Positions 39,462-53,922 of a stretch of DNA of 64,000 nucleotides are shown here, piece by piece (position 1 is the first letter of the stretch; every line of letters begins with the position of its first letter). The translations under genes were made by a program, and so were the position numbers. The notes beneath the pieces were generated by a model that was not told the origin of the DNA, did no database searches, and saw nothing but the letters and a program-made list of their open reading frames with translations. The DNA is from Octopus vulgaris. Taxonomy: Eukaryota. The stretch covers positions 166,160,001 through 166,224,000 of the forward strand of contig OX597817.1 in the NCBI GenBank assembly GCA_951406725.2, written 5' to 3'.

Positions 39462-39826
39462 TATATAAAATCCCTCCTGTGTGTGTGTGTGTCTTCTAGG
39501 ATCTCGGGCATCCTCCATCCGATTGCGCTCAAATTTGATTTGTAGGTACCGACGGTATCAGGGCGTGTATAAGTCTTGAAAAAATTACAAAAATCGATTC
39601 CAGGTGAGAATGCGATCGATAAAGCCCTGGGAAATCGTTTTTCTTTGGAACAGAAAAAAGTCTATCTTTATTTCTTCTTTTGTTGGTGTTTCAAATTTAA
39701 GTTAAATCAGTGTTTCTCAAAGGGGAGATCTATGGGACTGTCGGACAAGTTGTTTTGAGAGAATTTGGTTTAAATGTTTGACAACTCAGCACCATCCATT
39801 GGACGGGGGGGGGGGGCTTTTACTCG
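39459..39826 (+). mobile_element. Non-autonomous Helitron-like element, paralog of 25202
   Basis: Shared 5' and 3' parts, different middle. Confidence 0.7.
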
Positions 39827-40214
39827 CGTATATATATGTATTCCAACTAAATGTGGCGGTACTACAGAGGACGATGGTACTGTTGTTTTTAGCCTCAGAA
39901 AGATATCTCCCCCAGCTGGCCAAAGACACACAGTCTGTATCCGATTAGTATTTGCGAGAGAGGTCATCACTCCCATCTCTAGCCTTACGTGATACACACA
40001 CACCTGAGTTTCTGGGTGGCTACCCGTCTTCAGTGTATGTTAATCACTGGCTAGTGACGAAGAACTCATTCCACTCGCAAAATACTATATCCTTAGTGTC
40101 GTTGGTTAGCTGGAGTAGATGTCTTCCTGGGGCTAAAAACAACAGTAGCACATACCGCCACATTTAGTTGGCAGATATGTTTTACGATTCCGTATTGTTA
40201 CTATTCATCTCTCA

Positions 40215-40301
<87 letters not shown>

Positions 40302-40950
40302 TAGCAGAAGTACTCGGCATTGCTTGGGATTAAAATTCTACAATACTTTTGATACGTAGTAAATTTCATATGTCACAAATAACGTTAACGCCAAATTGTA
40401 ACAAAATTGGTCACCGGGTACCGCTGAAATCAAGCGGTAACAGTTTGATACAAAGCCGTGAGAAGGGTTTTAATGCATTCTCAGATGGTGTAACAATCGC
40501 GAGTGAAGTAGCCCTGAAAAGGGCTTTGTTGTCGTTCTCACAGCTGTAATAAGAAGCCCCAAAAAGGGCAGTAATGCGTTCTCAGGTGGTGTAACAATCG
40601 TATGTAAAGTGGCCCTTAAAAGGCCTTTTCTTCGTTTACATCGAAAGCGACAGAACTGTTGCTGTGAAATGTGAAACTTTGTAAAAACAGATGACAAACC
40701 TAGGTTGGGCAAAGGGAAAGAAATATGGTTCGTGAAGTGCCTACAACACCTCTCTTTTCGTTTTGCTATTAGGGGCAAGTACGAATACATTTTGTTTGCT
40801 TTCAACTCTGGAGCATCTGACATATAGCTGACCATGAGAGAAACATGGAACGCCTAAATGGAGGCCTGTTGTGGTTAGGGTTTGGCACGATGTGTGAAAA
40901 GAGAACCTGCTAAACGTATTATTGAAAAATGGTGAAAGCAGAGACGGACA
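40302..40950 (-). mobile_element. Possible Helitron-like element with internal ~65 bp repeat
   Basis: a|ctag terminus followed by ctcggcattgcttggg hairpin relic; repeat 40471-40536 / 40572-40637. Confidence 0.45.
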
Positions 40951-40974
40951 TTTAGTGATTCTTTTTCTTTTCTT

Positions 40975-41187
40975 TTATTCTTTTATTTGTTTCAGTCATA
41001 TGACTGCGGCCATGCTGGAGCACCGCCTTTAATCGAGTAATTCGACCCCGAGACTTATTCCTTTTTGTAAGCCCAGTACTTATTCTATCGGTCTCTTTTG
41101 CCGAACCGCTAAGTAACGGGGACATAAACACACCAGCATCAGCATCGGTTGTCAAGCAATGCTAGGGGGAAAAACACAGACGCACAA

Positions 41188-41222
<35 letters not shown>

Positions 41223-41393
41223 CATATATACAAAAGGCTTCTTTCAGTTCCCGTCTACCAAATCCACTCACAAGGCATTGGTCGGCCCGGGGCTAAAGCA
41301 GAAGACACTTGCCCAAGATGCCACGCAGTGGGACTGAACCCGGAACCATGTGGCTGGTTAGCAAGCTACGTACCACACAGCCACTCCTGCGCC
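40975..41393 (-). mobile_element. SINE family A, full length
   Basis: Reverse complement of 7621-type copy. Confidence 0.9.
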
Positions 41394-41548
41394 TAAGACA
41401 CTGAATACACTGAATACACAAAGACACTGAATACAATATTTTTTAAACAACACGTAAGCTAAACTGTGGTAAGCGGCAACAGAATGAAGTTAACTTAATT
41501 AAGTAAGGGGGACAACGAAATATTCCAACAGGAAGTATGAAATTGGAA

Positions 41549-41788
41549 CAGGAGTGGCTGTGTGGTAAGTAGCTTGCTAACCAACCACATGGTTCCGGGT
41601 TCAGTCCCACTGCGTGGCATCTTGGGCAAGTGTCTTCTGCTATAGCCCCGGGCCGACCAATGCCTTGTGAGTGGATTTGGTAGACGGAAACTGAAAGAAG
41701 CCTGTCGTATATATGTATATATATATAATAATACTGTAATTGTTCCACGTGTTGTTGTTTTTTCTGTTTTCCCGTTTGGATTAACCTG

Positions 41789-41844
<56 letters not shown>

Positions 41845-42055
41845 TTGTGTCTGTGTTTGTCCCCCTAGCATTGCTTGACAACCGATGCTGGTGTGTTTAC
41901 GTCCCCGTCACTTAGCAGTTCGGCAAAAGAGACCGATAGAATAAGTACTGGGCTTACAAAGAATAAGTCCCGGGGTCGATTTGATCGACCAAAGGCGGTG
42001 CTCCAGCATGGCCGCAGTCAAATGACTGAAACAAGTAAAAGAGTAAAGAGTAAAA
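41549..42055 (+). mobile_element. SINE family A with PLE-end fragment in its central (TA)n
   Basis: 41725-41790 matches the reverse complement of 219-287. Confidence 0.88.
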
Positions 42056-42464
42056 GAGAGAATAATGTACATCAAATTGTGAGCCTAACTTGTAAGCCGA
42101 AGCACGTAGCAGATATGCACAAAAGCGCATCAATGATTACGATTACACTGACATATGCCCTGGTGGACAGTGTTCTACTAATGAAATTCAGTCAAAGAAT
42201 TAGTGGACGGGCTCATTACAGTGGACAATCAATAGAATAGTGTTCACGAGCATAAGTCAAAGGTCATGATCGAAGTTCACCCGTCATTAGCAAATATTTG
42301 GCATAATGTCATTAAGGAAAATGGTGGTGGAAAGGGTGCATTATGATCGTCGGCAATAATGGGGAGGAGGGGCAGTGGTAAAAACCTAAGGACGTGGTAA
42401 AAGCAGTCATTCACACCAAATAAGAGGCTGAAGTGGGGGGGGGGGGGGCATCATTGTTGTGGGC

Positions 42465-42690
42465 GGAGCTGGCAGAAACGTTAGCACACCGGGCGAAATG
42501 CTTAGCGGTTTGCGTCTGTCGTTGCGTTCTGAGTTAAAATTCCGCCGAGGTCGACTTTGCCTTTCATCCTTTCGGGGTCGATAAATTAAGTACCAGTTAC
42601 GCACTGGGGTCGATGTAATCGACTTAATACTTATGTCTGTCCTTGTTTGTCCCCTCTGTGTTTAGCCCCTTGTGGGCAATAAAGAAACAG
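42465..42690 (+). mobile_element. SINE family B
   Basis: Matches 6276; partial copy at 42990-43170. Confidence 0.85.
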
Positions 42691-43618
42691 ATAATAGGGA
42701 TGAAGGTTAAGTAAACGTTGATGTACACAGATCGCAAACGAGGGGTGTGCGCATTAATAGTGTTCATGCACACATGTCAAAGATCATGCTCGAAGTTCAC
42801 CACGCTTTATTACACCATGAGCGGAGGGTAATTAAAAGAAATTTGTACTGAAGTGTGTGTATGGGAGGGGGGGGGGCATCATGGCCGTAAGCGATAATGG
42901 GAGTGGGGTTAAGCAATCACTGATGCACACAGATCAAATCAGCGAGGTAAATATGTCCCACAATCCTTGGTGCATGAGTAAATAGCAGAAGTTATGTTCT
43001 GAGTTCAAATTCCGCCGAGGTCAACTTTGCTTTTCATCCTTTTGGGGGTCGATTAAATAAGTACCAGTTACGCACTGGGATTTGGTCTAATCATCTTAAT
43101 CTGTTTGTCTGTCCTTGTTTGTCCCCCTCAATGTTTAGCCCCCAACCCCCCGGGAGCAATAAAGAAATATATTACAGCTATCTAATAGGATGACACAAAA
43201 TCGAAGTGGAATGAAACAGTTGTGTCTATCATAAGATTAAAAGGAATTTAAGGTAGAAATGTTAAGAGCTACATACACCGTCCGATTTTGCATTGTAGAT
43301 TCAGTCACATATCAATACATGGCACTTAGATTCCCTTCCGTCTTTCATTCCTTCCTTCCTTCCTTCTTCCCTTTCTCTTTCTCTTTCGCTCTGTCTCTCC
43401 TTCCCTTTCTCTCAATTTCACACTCATTTTTCTACCACGTTTTTCTCTCTTATCTTCTCTTGATGATTATACGTTTTCTTTTTTTTCTCTTTCTTTCTGT
43501 ACTCATATGTACACACACATACATATACATACAACATCTACACCCTTCAAACTGGGATCTGAATTTGATATCTTAGGTATACAATAATGCATTTATGCAT
43601 ATATAAACACATACGTAT

Positions 43619-43693
<75 letters not shown>

Positions 43694-43832
43694 GAGAGAG
43701 TGAGATATAGATAGATAGATAGATAGATAGATACATACATACATACATACATAGACAGAAAGATAGATAGATAGTTACATACATACACATATATATATGT
43801 GTGAGAGAGAGAGAGAGAGAGCTAGGGCATTT

Positions 43833-43906
<74 letters not shown>

Positions 43907-44540
43907 ACAAAATATATATTCATAATACATACGAAAAAGATATCAACATTCACATCCCAGTTTGAAGCTTGTGGATGAGTGTGTGTTTAGACAAACGCAT
44001 GCAAACACAAGTACACATACACATATGTGGGATTATGACATATGCTCGTCTATATATAAAAATGGTTGCGTGTAGAAATATATACGTTTTCATTTGTACA
44101 AGAACCATTTATATATAAATACATACATACATACACACACACACAGAGTGAAACCGATGCAGAATTGTTTCGTTTTCGTTAGCAAATGTGCGTGTGGTCC
44201 CAGTTGCATAAGAAAATAGATCCCGTTTTGTACCTCTGGAATCACTCTATCTAGACCGTCAATTTCGTTGTTCAAGCTGGTTTAAATAGACAGCTTGGTC
44301 CCCCTAAACCTGTTCTATCTAAACACTGTTTTGTCATTTACTGCCTTGTGGCAAATCTATTATTATTATTAGCGAGTGAGGGCGCACACATATACACATA
44401 CACGCATTCACAGAAGCACACACATGCACATATATCTGCGTGTGTCTGAGTGTGTGTATTTATATAGATAAGCATATATGTTTATATTTATTGGCCTATA
44501 TATATTGTTTATAAATGTGAGTGTATATATCTATTTCCAC

Positions 44541-44601
<61 letters not shown>

Positions 44602-44633
44602 GCATGTATTATGTATACATATACATATGCAGT

Positions 44634-44676
<43 letters not shown>

Positions 44677-44693
44677 TATGTATATGTATATAC

Positions 44694-44725
<32 letters not shown>

Positions 44726-44764
44726 ATATGCATATATATATACATACGTACATATATATATATG

Positions 44765-44806
<42 letters not shown>

Positions 44807-44884
44807 TACAGATATACATACATATATGTATATATATACATATATACAGATATACATACGTATGTATGTATATGTAACTATGTA

Positions 44885-44923
<39 letters not shown>

Positions 44924-45298
44924 ATTTGTATCACGAAATGATACAAGAACCCGATATGACTTCATCAACTCCATTAGCATACGGCTCCTTCTAGATGTAG
45001 CAGCGCTCTCTGAACTCAGTGTTTGTTTAACATAGACTGCACTTCAATGGCTTCAAGATTGCTCGTGGATGTTGCACATGCACACAGCAAAATGAAGCTT
45101 TTGCTAATGAAAAGTATTAGGTAAGGTAAATCCTGCTGTGCTGTGTTGTCACTCTTTACCTGATATCACAGTGCTCTCCGAACGGATCATATATTGCTCT
45201 GAAATTTTGGCACAAGGACAGCAGTTTCAGAAAATGGCCTAAGTCAATCACATCGATACCAGTGCTCAACTTGTACTTATACTTAGGGCTCTATAAAT

Positions 45299-45676
45299 GG
45301 ATGGAAACACTCCGTCGGTTACGACGACGAGGGTTCCGGTTGATCCGACCAACGGAACAGCCTGTTCGTGAAATTAAAGTGTAAGTGGCTGAGCACTCCA
45401 CACACACGTGTACCCTTAACGCAGTTCTCGGGGATATTCAGCGTGACACAGAGAGTGACAAGGCCGGCCCTTTGAAATACAGGTACAACAGAAACAGGAA
45501 GTAAGAGTGAGAGAAAGTTGTGGTGAAAGAGTACAGCAGGGATCACCGCTATCCCTGCCCCCTGCCGGAGCCTCGTTTTCGCTCAATAAACACTCACAAC
45601 GCTTGGTATGGGAATCGAAACCACGATCCTACGACCGCGAGTCCGCTGCCCTAACCACTGGGCCATTGCGCCTCTA
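45299..45676 (-). mobile_element. SINE family C inserted in an old family B copy
   Basis: Target duplication ctctataaat at 45289-45298 and 45677-45686. Confidence 0.88.
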
Positions 45677-45840
45677 CTCTATAAATAGAGCCCTAATGGA
45701 TGTAAGGTAAAGTCGACTCCGGTGGTATTTGAACTCAGAAAGTAAAAACGCCGCCAAATATTTTGCCCGGTGTGCCAAGGATTCGGCCAGCTCTGCCTTA
45801 TTCAAAGTCTAATATATTAACTATTAAAAAGTACAGTCGT

Positions 45841-46030
45841 AGGAGTGGCTGTGTGGTAAGTAGCTTTCTTACCAACCACATGGTTCCGGGTTCAGTCCCA
45901 CTGCGTGGCAATTTGGGCAAGTGTCTTCTACTATAGCCTCGGGCCGACCAAAGTCATGTGAGTGGATTTGGTAGACGGAAACTGAAAGAAGCCCGTCGTA
46001 TATATGTATATATGTATGTATGTATGTATG

Positions 46031-46061
<31 letters not shown>

Positions 46062-46280
46062 ATGTATATGTTTGTGTGTCTGTGTTTGTTCCCCCAATAT
46101 CGCTTGACAGCCGATGCTGGTGTGCTTACGTCCCCGTAACTTAGCGGTTCGGCAAAAAGAGACCGATAGAATAAGTACTAAGCTTACAAAGAATAATTCC
46201 TGGGGTCGATTTGCTCGACTAATGGCATTGCTCCAGCATGGCCACATTCACATGACTAAAACAAGTAAAAGAGTAAAAGA
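45841..46280 (+). mobile_element. SINE family A
   Basis: Head to tail match. Confidence 0.88.
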
Positions 46281-46317
46281 GTAATTTACTATCGCTATGC
46301 CTAAGAGATATCATATC

Positions 46318-46348
<31 letters not shown>

Positions 46349-46614
46349 TTGTATGTATGTTGTATGTTGTATGTATGTATGTATGTATGTATGTATGTAT
46401 GTATGTATGTATGTATGTATGTATGTATGTATGTATGTATGTATGTATGTATGTATGTATGTATGTATGTATGTATGTATGTATGCATGCATGCATGCAT
46501 GCATGCATGCATGCATGTATGTATGTATGTATGTGTAAGTGTGCGTGTTGAGGCAAAAGATTTTCAGATTTACATTGATTATTTTATTATATATACGTAT
46601 ATATATATATACGT

Positions 46615-46691
<77 letters not shown>

Positions 46692-46692
46692 C

Positions 46693-46745
<53 letters not shown>

Positions 46746-46817
46746 TAGTTATGGTCAATATACATACTTATTTCTTTATTGCCCACAAGGGGCTAAACAT
46801 AGAGGGGACAAACAAGG

Positions 46818-47140
46818 ACTTATTCTTTGTAAACCTGGTACTTATTCTATCGGTCTCTTTCACCTAACTGCTAAGTTACGAGGACGTAAACACGCCAGCA
46901 TCGGTTGTCAAGTGACGGTGGGAGGACAAACACGGACAGACAACCATATATACACAGATACATATATATACATATATACGACGGGCTTCTTTTAGTTTCT
47001 ATCTACCAAATCCACTCATAAGTCTTTGGTCGGCCCGAGGCTAGAGTAGAAGACACTTGCCCAAGGTGTTACGCAGTGGAACTGAACCCGGAACCATTTG
47101 GTTGGTAATCAGGCTACTTACCACACAGCCACTCTTACGC
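46818..47140 (-). mobile_element. SINE family A, joined to a family B tail (46765-46820)
   Basis: Sequence similarity to other copies. Confidence 0.8.
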
Positions 47141-47141
47141 C

Positions 47142-47172
<31 letters not shown>

Positions 47173-47187
47173 AATAATAATAATAAT

Positions 47188-47239
47188 AGCATGGTTGCCT
47201 TCCAAGCAGTCGATCCGGGTTCGACTCCCGGCCGACGCA
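47188..47239 (+). pseudogene. 5'-truncated tRNA-Gly(TCC) copy
   Basis: AGCATGGTTGCCTTCCAAGCAGTCGATCCGGGTTCGACTCCCGGCCGACGCA: anticodon arm with TCC, perfect T arm; 5' acceptor strand and most of D arm missing. Confidence 0.85.
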
Positions 47240-47321
47240 GGCGATAGCTTTTTTTAAATGGCGGTGCCCCAGCATGGCCACAGCTCATAAGCTGAAACTG
47301 GAAAAATCAAAATCAAAAATC

Positions 47322-47355
<34 letters not shown>

Positions 47356-47357
<2 letters not shown>

Positions 47358-47735
47358 CTTTCTAATTGATGTATCAATACCGGCAGATGACAACGTGTCT
47401 CTAAAAGAAATGGAAAAACTCTCAAAATACAAAGACCTGGAAATAGAGGTAACTAGAATGTGGAATCTGAAAACAGAAACAATTCCTATCATAGTAGTTG
47501 CATTAGGCATGATAAAAAAATATTCAGACAAATACATAACAAAAACACCAGGACTTACAAACACATATAACATACAGAAAATAGCACTACTAGGCACTGC
47601 ACACATCCTACGCAGAACACTTTCCATACAATAACCATCAGAGCATCACAACAAATCACAGCACATACCCAAGGCACACAGAGCTGCGCTCGGTAGTGAA
47701 GTGAAAGCACGCTATAAAAATAAAACTACTGAATA
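47356..47735 (+). mobile_element. R4/Dong-like 3' fragment in (TAA)n
   Basis: CFLIDVSIP..KEMEKLSKYKDLEIEVTRMW..IQKIALLGTAHILRRTL* plus 3' UTR. Confidence 0.88.
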
Positions 47736-48310
47736 ACAATAATAATAATAATATTCAATGATAATATAATAATACATAAAATGTCCTGACCATGCAGGAT
47801 CCATAACTAACGGATGAGTGATTCTGGCCATGTTCATCCTTTCTTTAGTTGTAGACGCAGTATATCCAGGTCTGCTCATGCTTCAACTTGTAAATTGGTA
47901 GTGTGTGACCCTGGAAAGATTTGGTCCCACTTCTTTCTTGTTTCGAACCTTGGCAGGGCTTTCCTTCATTGTTCGAATTGCGGTCTGACTTAGGTTTCGA
48001 TCATCACTGCATGAGAGACGACACCTGCTGTTCATCTCTAGATTTCTTACCGGCGTGCTTTACGTCTAACGAGTCTACTAATGCGGCTGATGAGTAAAAG
48101 TATGAGGATATTCGTGGTCACTTGAAACGCTAGTAACAGCAGCCAAGTCTCCTGCGAACAGCATTATGTACTCATAGAGCAATTCATAAATCATGTTCGA
48201 CTGACCCTCGTGCTAAGCAACAACAGCGACGACGATGTTGACAACAGTAAACGCAGCAATAATTAGCCGTAGTTAATGTATGTGATTGTAACAGTTTTCA
48301 TGAAGTTGAT

Positions 48311-48453
48311 ATGAGACGTTTTGGCACAGCCGTTTTGGTGCCGTCTCTTTGGCGTCGCTGATTGAACACTGACTAATTTGACATCGGACGTTTTAATGTT
48401 TCACTTCAACGTTTCTCTTGTCCTGTCTGTCCGTCTGTTTTTCGATGTGTGTG

Positions 48454-48487
<34 letters not shown>

Positions 48488-48894
48488 TGTGTGTATATAT
48501 GTGTGTGTGTGTGTTTGTGTCTGTGTGCGTGCGTTTATGTATGTACGTTTCTTTATGTGGATGAGGAAGGAGTAAGTTTTTATGTTAATCGTTTCCAATT
48601 AATAAATTGTCATCTCTCTCTCTCTATCTCTCTTTCTCTCCCCACTCTCTCTCCCCTCTCTCTCCCACTCTCCCGCTTTCCCCCCCTCTCTCACTCTTTC
48701 CACCTGTACCTGTAAAATTCTGCGCACGCTTGTGTGAAGTGCATGTGTATACATATGCATATGTGTGTTTGCTTTCGGTGCCAAACCCCCCCCCCCCAAA
48801 AAAAAAAAAATTAACATCCACTAAAAAAAGATTGAATGTCCAATCAGCCGCGCCAAATCCTCAGTATCCAAAGAGCTGCGCCCATTCGTCTCAT
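48311..48894. mobile_element. Old MITE-like element with subterminal ttggcg-type repeats
   Basis: Termini atgagacg / cgtctcat. Confidence 0.45.
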
Positions 48895-49129
48895 TTCGAT
48901 CATGGAGTAAGGAAGAAAGTATTTTCAGTATGATAACGAACTATTGTTATTTCTGTTAATTTCGTTGCTGTATCTGTTACAACTGCAGTTTTTACAGGTT
49001 CTTGCTAACACTGTTGTTGCTGCGCTTATAATTGTTGTTTTTGCGGACACTGAACCTACAAATTTTGTTGATATTATTGTTTCTGATATTATGCTTCAGC
49101 ACCTGCAACAACTGCTACTATTGCTGTAC

Positions 49130-49673
<544 letters not shown>

Positions 49674-50128
49674 GATAACTACTAATTGTTGTTGTTGTTG
49701 TTAATGCAGGCTTTTACTGTTGTTACAACGCTTATTGGTGTTGCCAATTTTCTGGCTGTTATTGTAGTAAGCCACCATTTTATTTTTCCACCTTTAATAT
49801 TGCTGTTGTTGTTGTTGTTCTCGTCCTTCTTCTTCTCCTCCTTCTTCTTCTTCTTCTTCTTCTTCTTCTTCTTCTTCCTCCTCCTCCTCCTCGTTCTTCT
49901 TCTTCTTCTTCTTCTTCTTCTTCTTCTTCTTCTTCTTCTCCTTCTTCCTTTTTCTCCTCCTTCTCCTACCCTTCTTCTTGCTGCAGTTGTCGGTGGGCCC
50001 TACTAATCATATGTTTATTTGCCGACGTTTGTTAAAGTAATTTGCCGGCGTCATTTTTGCCTTGTTCGCCATGAGAACAACTGAAGCGTACAGAAAGGAT
50101 TTTAAGTGTTTATATACCACCACCATAT

Positions 50129-50190
<62 letters not shown>

Positions 50191-50794
50191 CATGTATATT
50201 ACATATATGCATATATATATTACTTATATATATACATATTAATATACATATATATACATATATATATGTAAATATATAATATAAAATATATATTTATATA
50301 GATTATATATATTACATACATGCACATATATGTATATATATTGCACATATATATATATATATATATATACATTGTATTATATTATATAGACACATACATA
50401 TATACATACATCCAAATTCGTATTTATGTCTGTGCTAACGCACACACACACACTCACACACACACACACACAATACAAATATACACACCAGTACACTCAC
50501 ACACACATACTTATATACTATGCTAATATATGCACCAATACACACACATATTCACGCACATGCAACACACACACACACACATATGCACACACATGCAAGG
50601 CACACACACTTACGTATACGCATACACATAGGCTGCCCTCTTCATCACCACATCACCAATCATTACCACCTCGATATAACCACTAACTGTTCGCCAACGC
50701 AGGCTAGCATCGCTTCCACTGTCATAGTTCGTAGTCACGGAAGAATTACATCAAAGGCACTAACAATGTTGATGGTAAACAAACTAGTAGTAGC

Positions 50795-50868
<74 letters not shown>

Positions 50869-51316
50869 GCAATTAGTTATCGCTAATTGATTTGCGTTTC
50901 AATGCATGTTTAATTGGTGTATATGGAACACCTATATATACAACTAGTGGAAAGGAAAAAAAACGAACCAGAAGAGAAGCCTTCTAAGTGGTTATTGAGT
51001 CTGCTGGAAATAGCAACCATGGCACTTGCAACTGAAGTGCCAACTTCATAAAACAGCAATAAATGGAAATGACATTTTGGATAACGTAATCTCGGATTTC
51101 CTACACATAAAAATAGATCCGGATAGTCATGGTTAGAATGTCTTTTTCTTTGATTTATCAGGTCAAAATTTAAAAGGCAAAGCGAATTAACGTGGTGTAA
51201 TCAGGCGTATATAACTACTTCTAATTCTATGTGCGAAGTCGTGTGTGCGCGCGCAAATAAATATATATCTTTATGTATGTATGTATGTATTTGTGCATGT
51301 GCATATTTATAAATAT

Positions 51317-51456
51317 TGGTTGTGTGGTAAGTAGCTTGCTAACAAACCACATGGTTCTGGGTTCAGTCCCACTGCGTGGCATCTTGGGCAAGTGTCTTCT
51401 GCTATAGCCCCGGGCCGACCAATGCCTTGTGAGTGGATTTGTAGACATACCTGTCC

Positions 51457-51493
<37 letters not shown>

Positions 51494-51698
51494 TTGTGTG
51501 TCCCCTAGCGTTGCTTGACAACCGATGCTGGTGTGTTTACGTCCCCGTCATTAGCGGTTCGGCAAAAGAGACCGATAGAATAAGTACTGGGCTTACAAAG
51601 AATAAGTCCCGGGGTCTTTTTGCTCGACTAAAGGCGGTGCTCCAGCATGGCCGCAATCAAATGACTGAAACAAGTAAAAGAGTAAAAGAGTAAAAAGA

Positions 51699-51700
<2 letters not shown>
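51317..51700 (+). mobile_element. SINE family A with small deletions
   Basis: Similarity to 7621. Confidence 0.85.
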
Positions 51701-51768
<68 letters not shown>

Positions 51769-51955
51769 CATTTAAACACAAAGAGAAAATTACCTGTAAC
51801 AGGCAATTTCTACACGCTAGGAGACAGTCAAAAGCGACTGAAGAGCACAAAAATCATTTAGGCTATTTCAAAGGGAATGAAAAATACAAACGTTTACCTT
51901 GTTTTTACGGTTATACCTATAGGTTTCGGATTTTTTTAGTAAACAAAATAACATG

Positions 51956-52220
51956 ATTTAATTTACCAGGCAAATACTCTTCAGTAACCGAACCACCCAA
52001 GTCTAACTTATAATTATGAGACAGATAGCACGTGTCTTATCTCTATATGTTATTCTTCATATGGCATTCTTCATTTTCTGCCGACTGAAACTAGGCATGC
52101 GGAGTGGATTTTGAAAAAAATTATGACATATACAGATGAGACACGTGTTATCGGTCTCGTAATCATAAGTTAGTCTTGGATGGCTCAGTTACTGAAGAGA
52201 ATTTGTCTGGTAAATTAAAT
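51956..52220. repeat. ~98 bp imperfect inverted repeat (foldback/MITE-like)
   Basis: 51956-52053 vs 52123-52220, about 13 mismatches, no gaps. Confidence 0.85.
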
Positions 52221-53106
52221 TATAAGAATATTTTTACACAAAAATACAAGATTTTGGTGTTTCGTGCAATGTTATATTGTATGTGTGAATTGTGACAACG
52301 CCTTGCATACTTGCAACTATATTTAGAAATAAGGTCCCAAAAAATAAAGGCACTTACTCCTGATACCACATTTTATAGTCGTTGAGTAAAGGACTTAAAG
52401 AGCATCGAATACAAGCGACCGAAATGGGATTTCTCTGAAAGGTTTCTGCAGTAACGCTACTCGACAACGTGCGTAGCTCGAAGTCTCAGCAGGTCGAAAG
52501 GTCATGGTTCCGCGCTGAGAGGTCACAGCTCCGGTACAAATGACATGTGATTAGAATTTCACAGAAAAGAATTAAAAGATGGATCTTTCAAGCCGAGCTA
52601 AACGGTAGGAAATGGCCGAATAATATCCATAGTATATTGACGGTTGCTTCTGATAGCACCCTATGGAGAAGATGCCCTAGGGCTCTACCACAACGACGCT
52701 CTCAGGAATTGTGGGCGGGTAAGATGAAGAAATGGATAAAACTGAGTCCTAGATACATTATTCGTTAAAAAAAAAAAGAAAAAGGAAAGGACAGAAATAT
52801 CGTGTATAGAAAGCCCTTTGCTTTCGATCTGTAAAATCATGATCGCCCTACAGAGAAACAACAATAGCAACCGTCTTTTTGTTGATTATTAGACAGAGAG
52901 ACTTTCGCTGCACAGAATCCTCTTTAGTCTCTTAAGAATAGCGATATAATTCTGGTTCAGTTTGAACAACAGTAGCTCGACATCGTTAGGAATATTTTGG
53001 GAATTTGTGCTATCAGGAAATTCAAAAGGGTTGTATTTGTTGGGATGACTGAGTGGTTAAAAGAATCTTAATGCACGAACTAGGAAACTCGGAGCTGAGA
53101 TACATA

Positions 53107-53620
53107 CCGTAAATCCTCGAGTATAATCCGCACTTTTTTCCCAAATTTTATAGGTCAAAATCCCTAGTGCGTACTATATATGAGGTTAAAAATGAAAATT
53201 ATTTCCTAAGCAATGTCCGAGTCGGTATTTGTTGTCCGGCAATGTTTATTCAGACGCAGTTTGTGATGTTGGGCGCGAAAATACCTTAAGCTAAATCTGA
53301 AAGCAATGAAGTCATAAAAGGGATCATCGATAACTTGCAGTAAGCAACATTTATTAAACGTTATTACTGTTATTTCTTTATTTTCTGCAAACAAAATGCA
53401 CAAAAAAAGCTACATGCTCACATTATGTTATATATACAATAATAATAAAGGACGTTACCGTATACACTTTTACAAACCAAGGACGTTATATAGACCTCTT
53501 TGACTCAAGTTAGAGAAGAGGTGCATATTATACACAAGGTTTAGATTTTTCAGAAGTACAGTCCCCTAAAAATCCCATGCATATTATACTCAAGGGTGGA
53601 CTATACTCGAGGATTTACGG
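53107..53620. mobile_element. Tc2/pogo-like MITE
   Basis: TIR CCGTAAATCCTCGAGTATA at both ends, TA duplication. Confidence 0.88.
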
Positions 53621-53922
53621 TAGATATGATGCGAAGATGAGCTTGATAATTCAGAGGAGTTAGTAATGTAATGAAAAAGGGAAAAGAGAAATTGCGTGCT
53701 ACAAGCAGCTGCATGGTGGTGAATAAATGTTTACTGATCATCCAAATGGGTTTCATTGAGTGCAATCCAAATGTTTGTGTGTTTAATAGGAACTCCGTCT
53801 GGGAATGTAACAGGCTTACATATTCAGTCATACATGATTCTTTGTTTATGATCGCCAACAAAACAGAGCTGAATCATCATCATCATCATCATCATCATTA
53901 CTATTCTTCTTCTTCTTCTTCA

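Noticed and set aside
48084-48145. CTGATGA...GAAAC-GCTA-GT-A hammerhead-like match
   Set aside because: Stems I and II do not pair; the 3' part resembles another dispersed repeat (cf. ~51000)
52500-52740. RTE-like LINE 3' relic
   Set aside because: Only faint motif resemblance (HVIR..IFQAEL.G..W..LWRR); not enough to call
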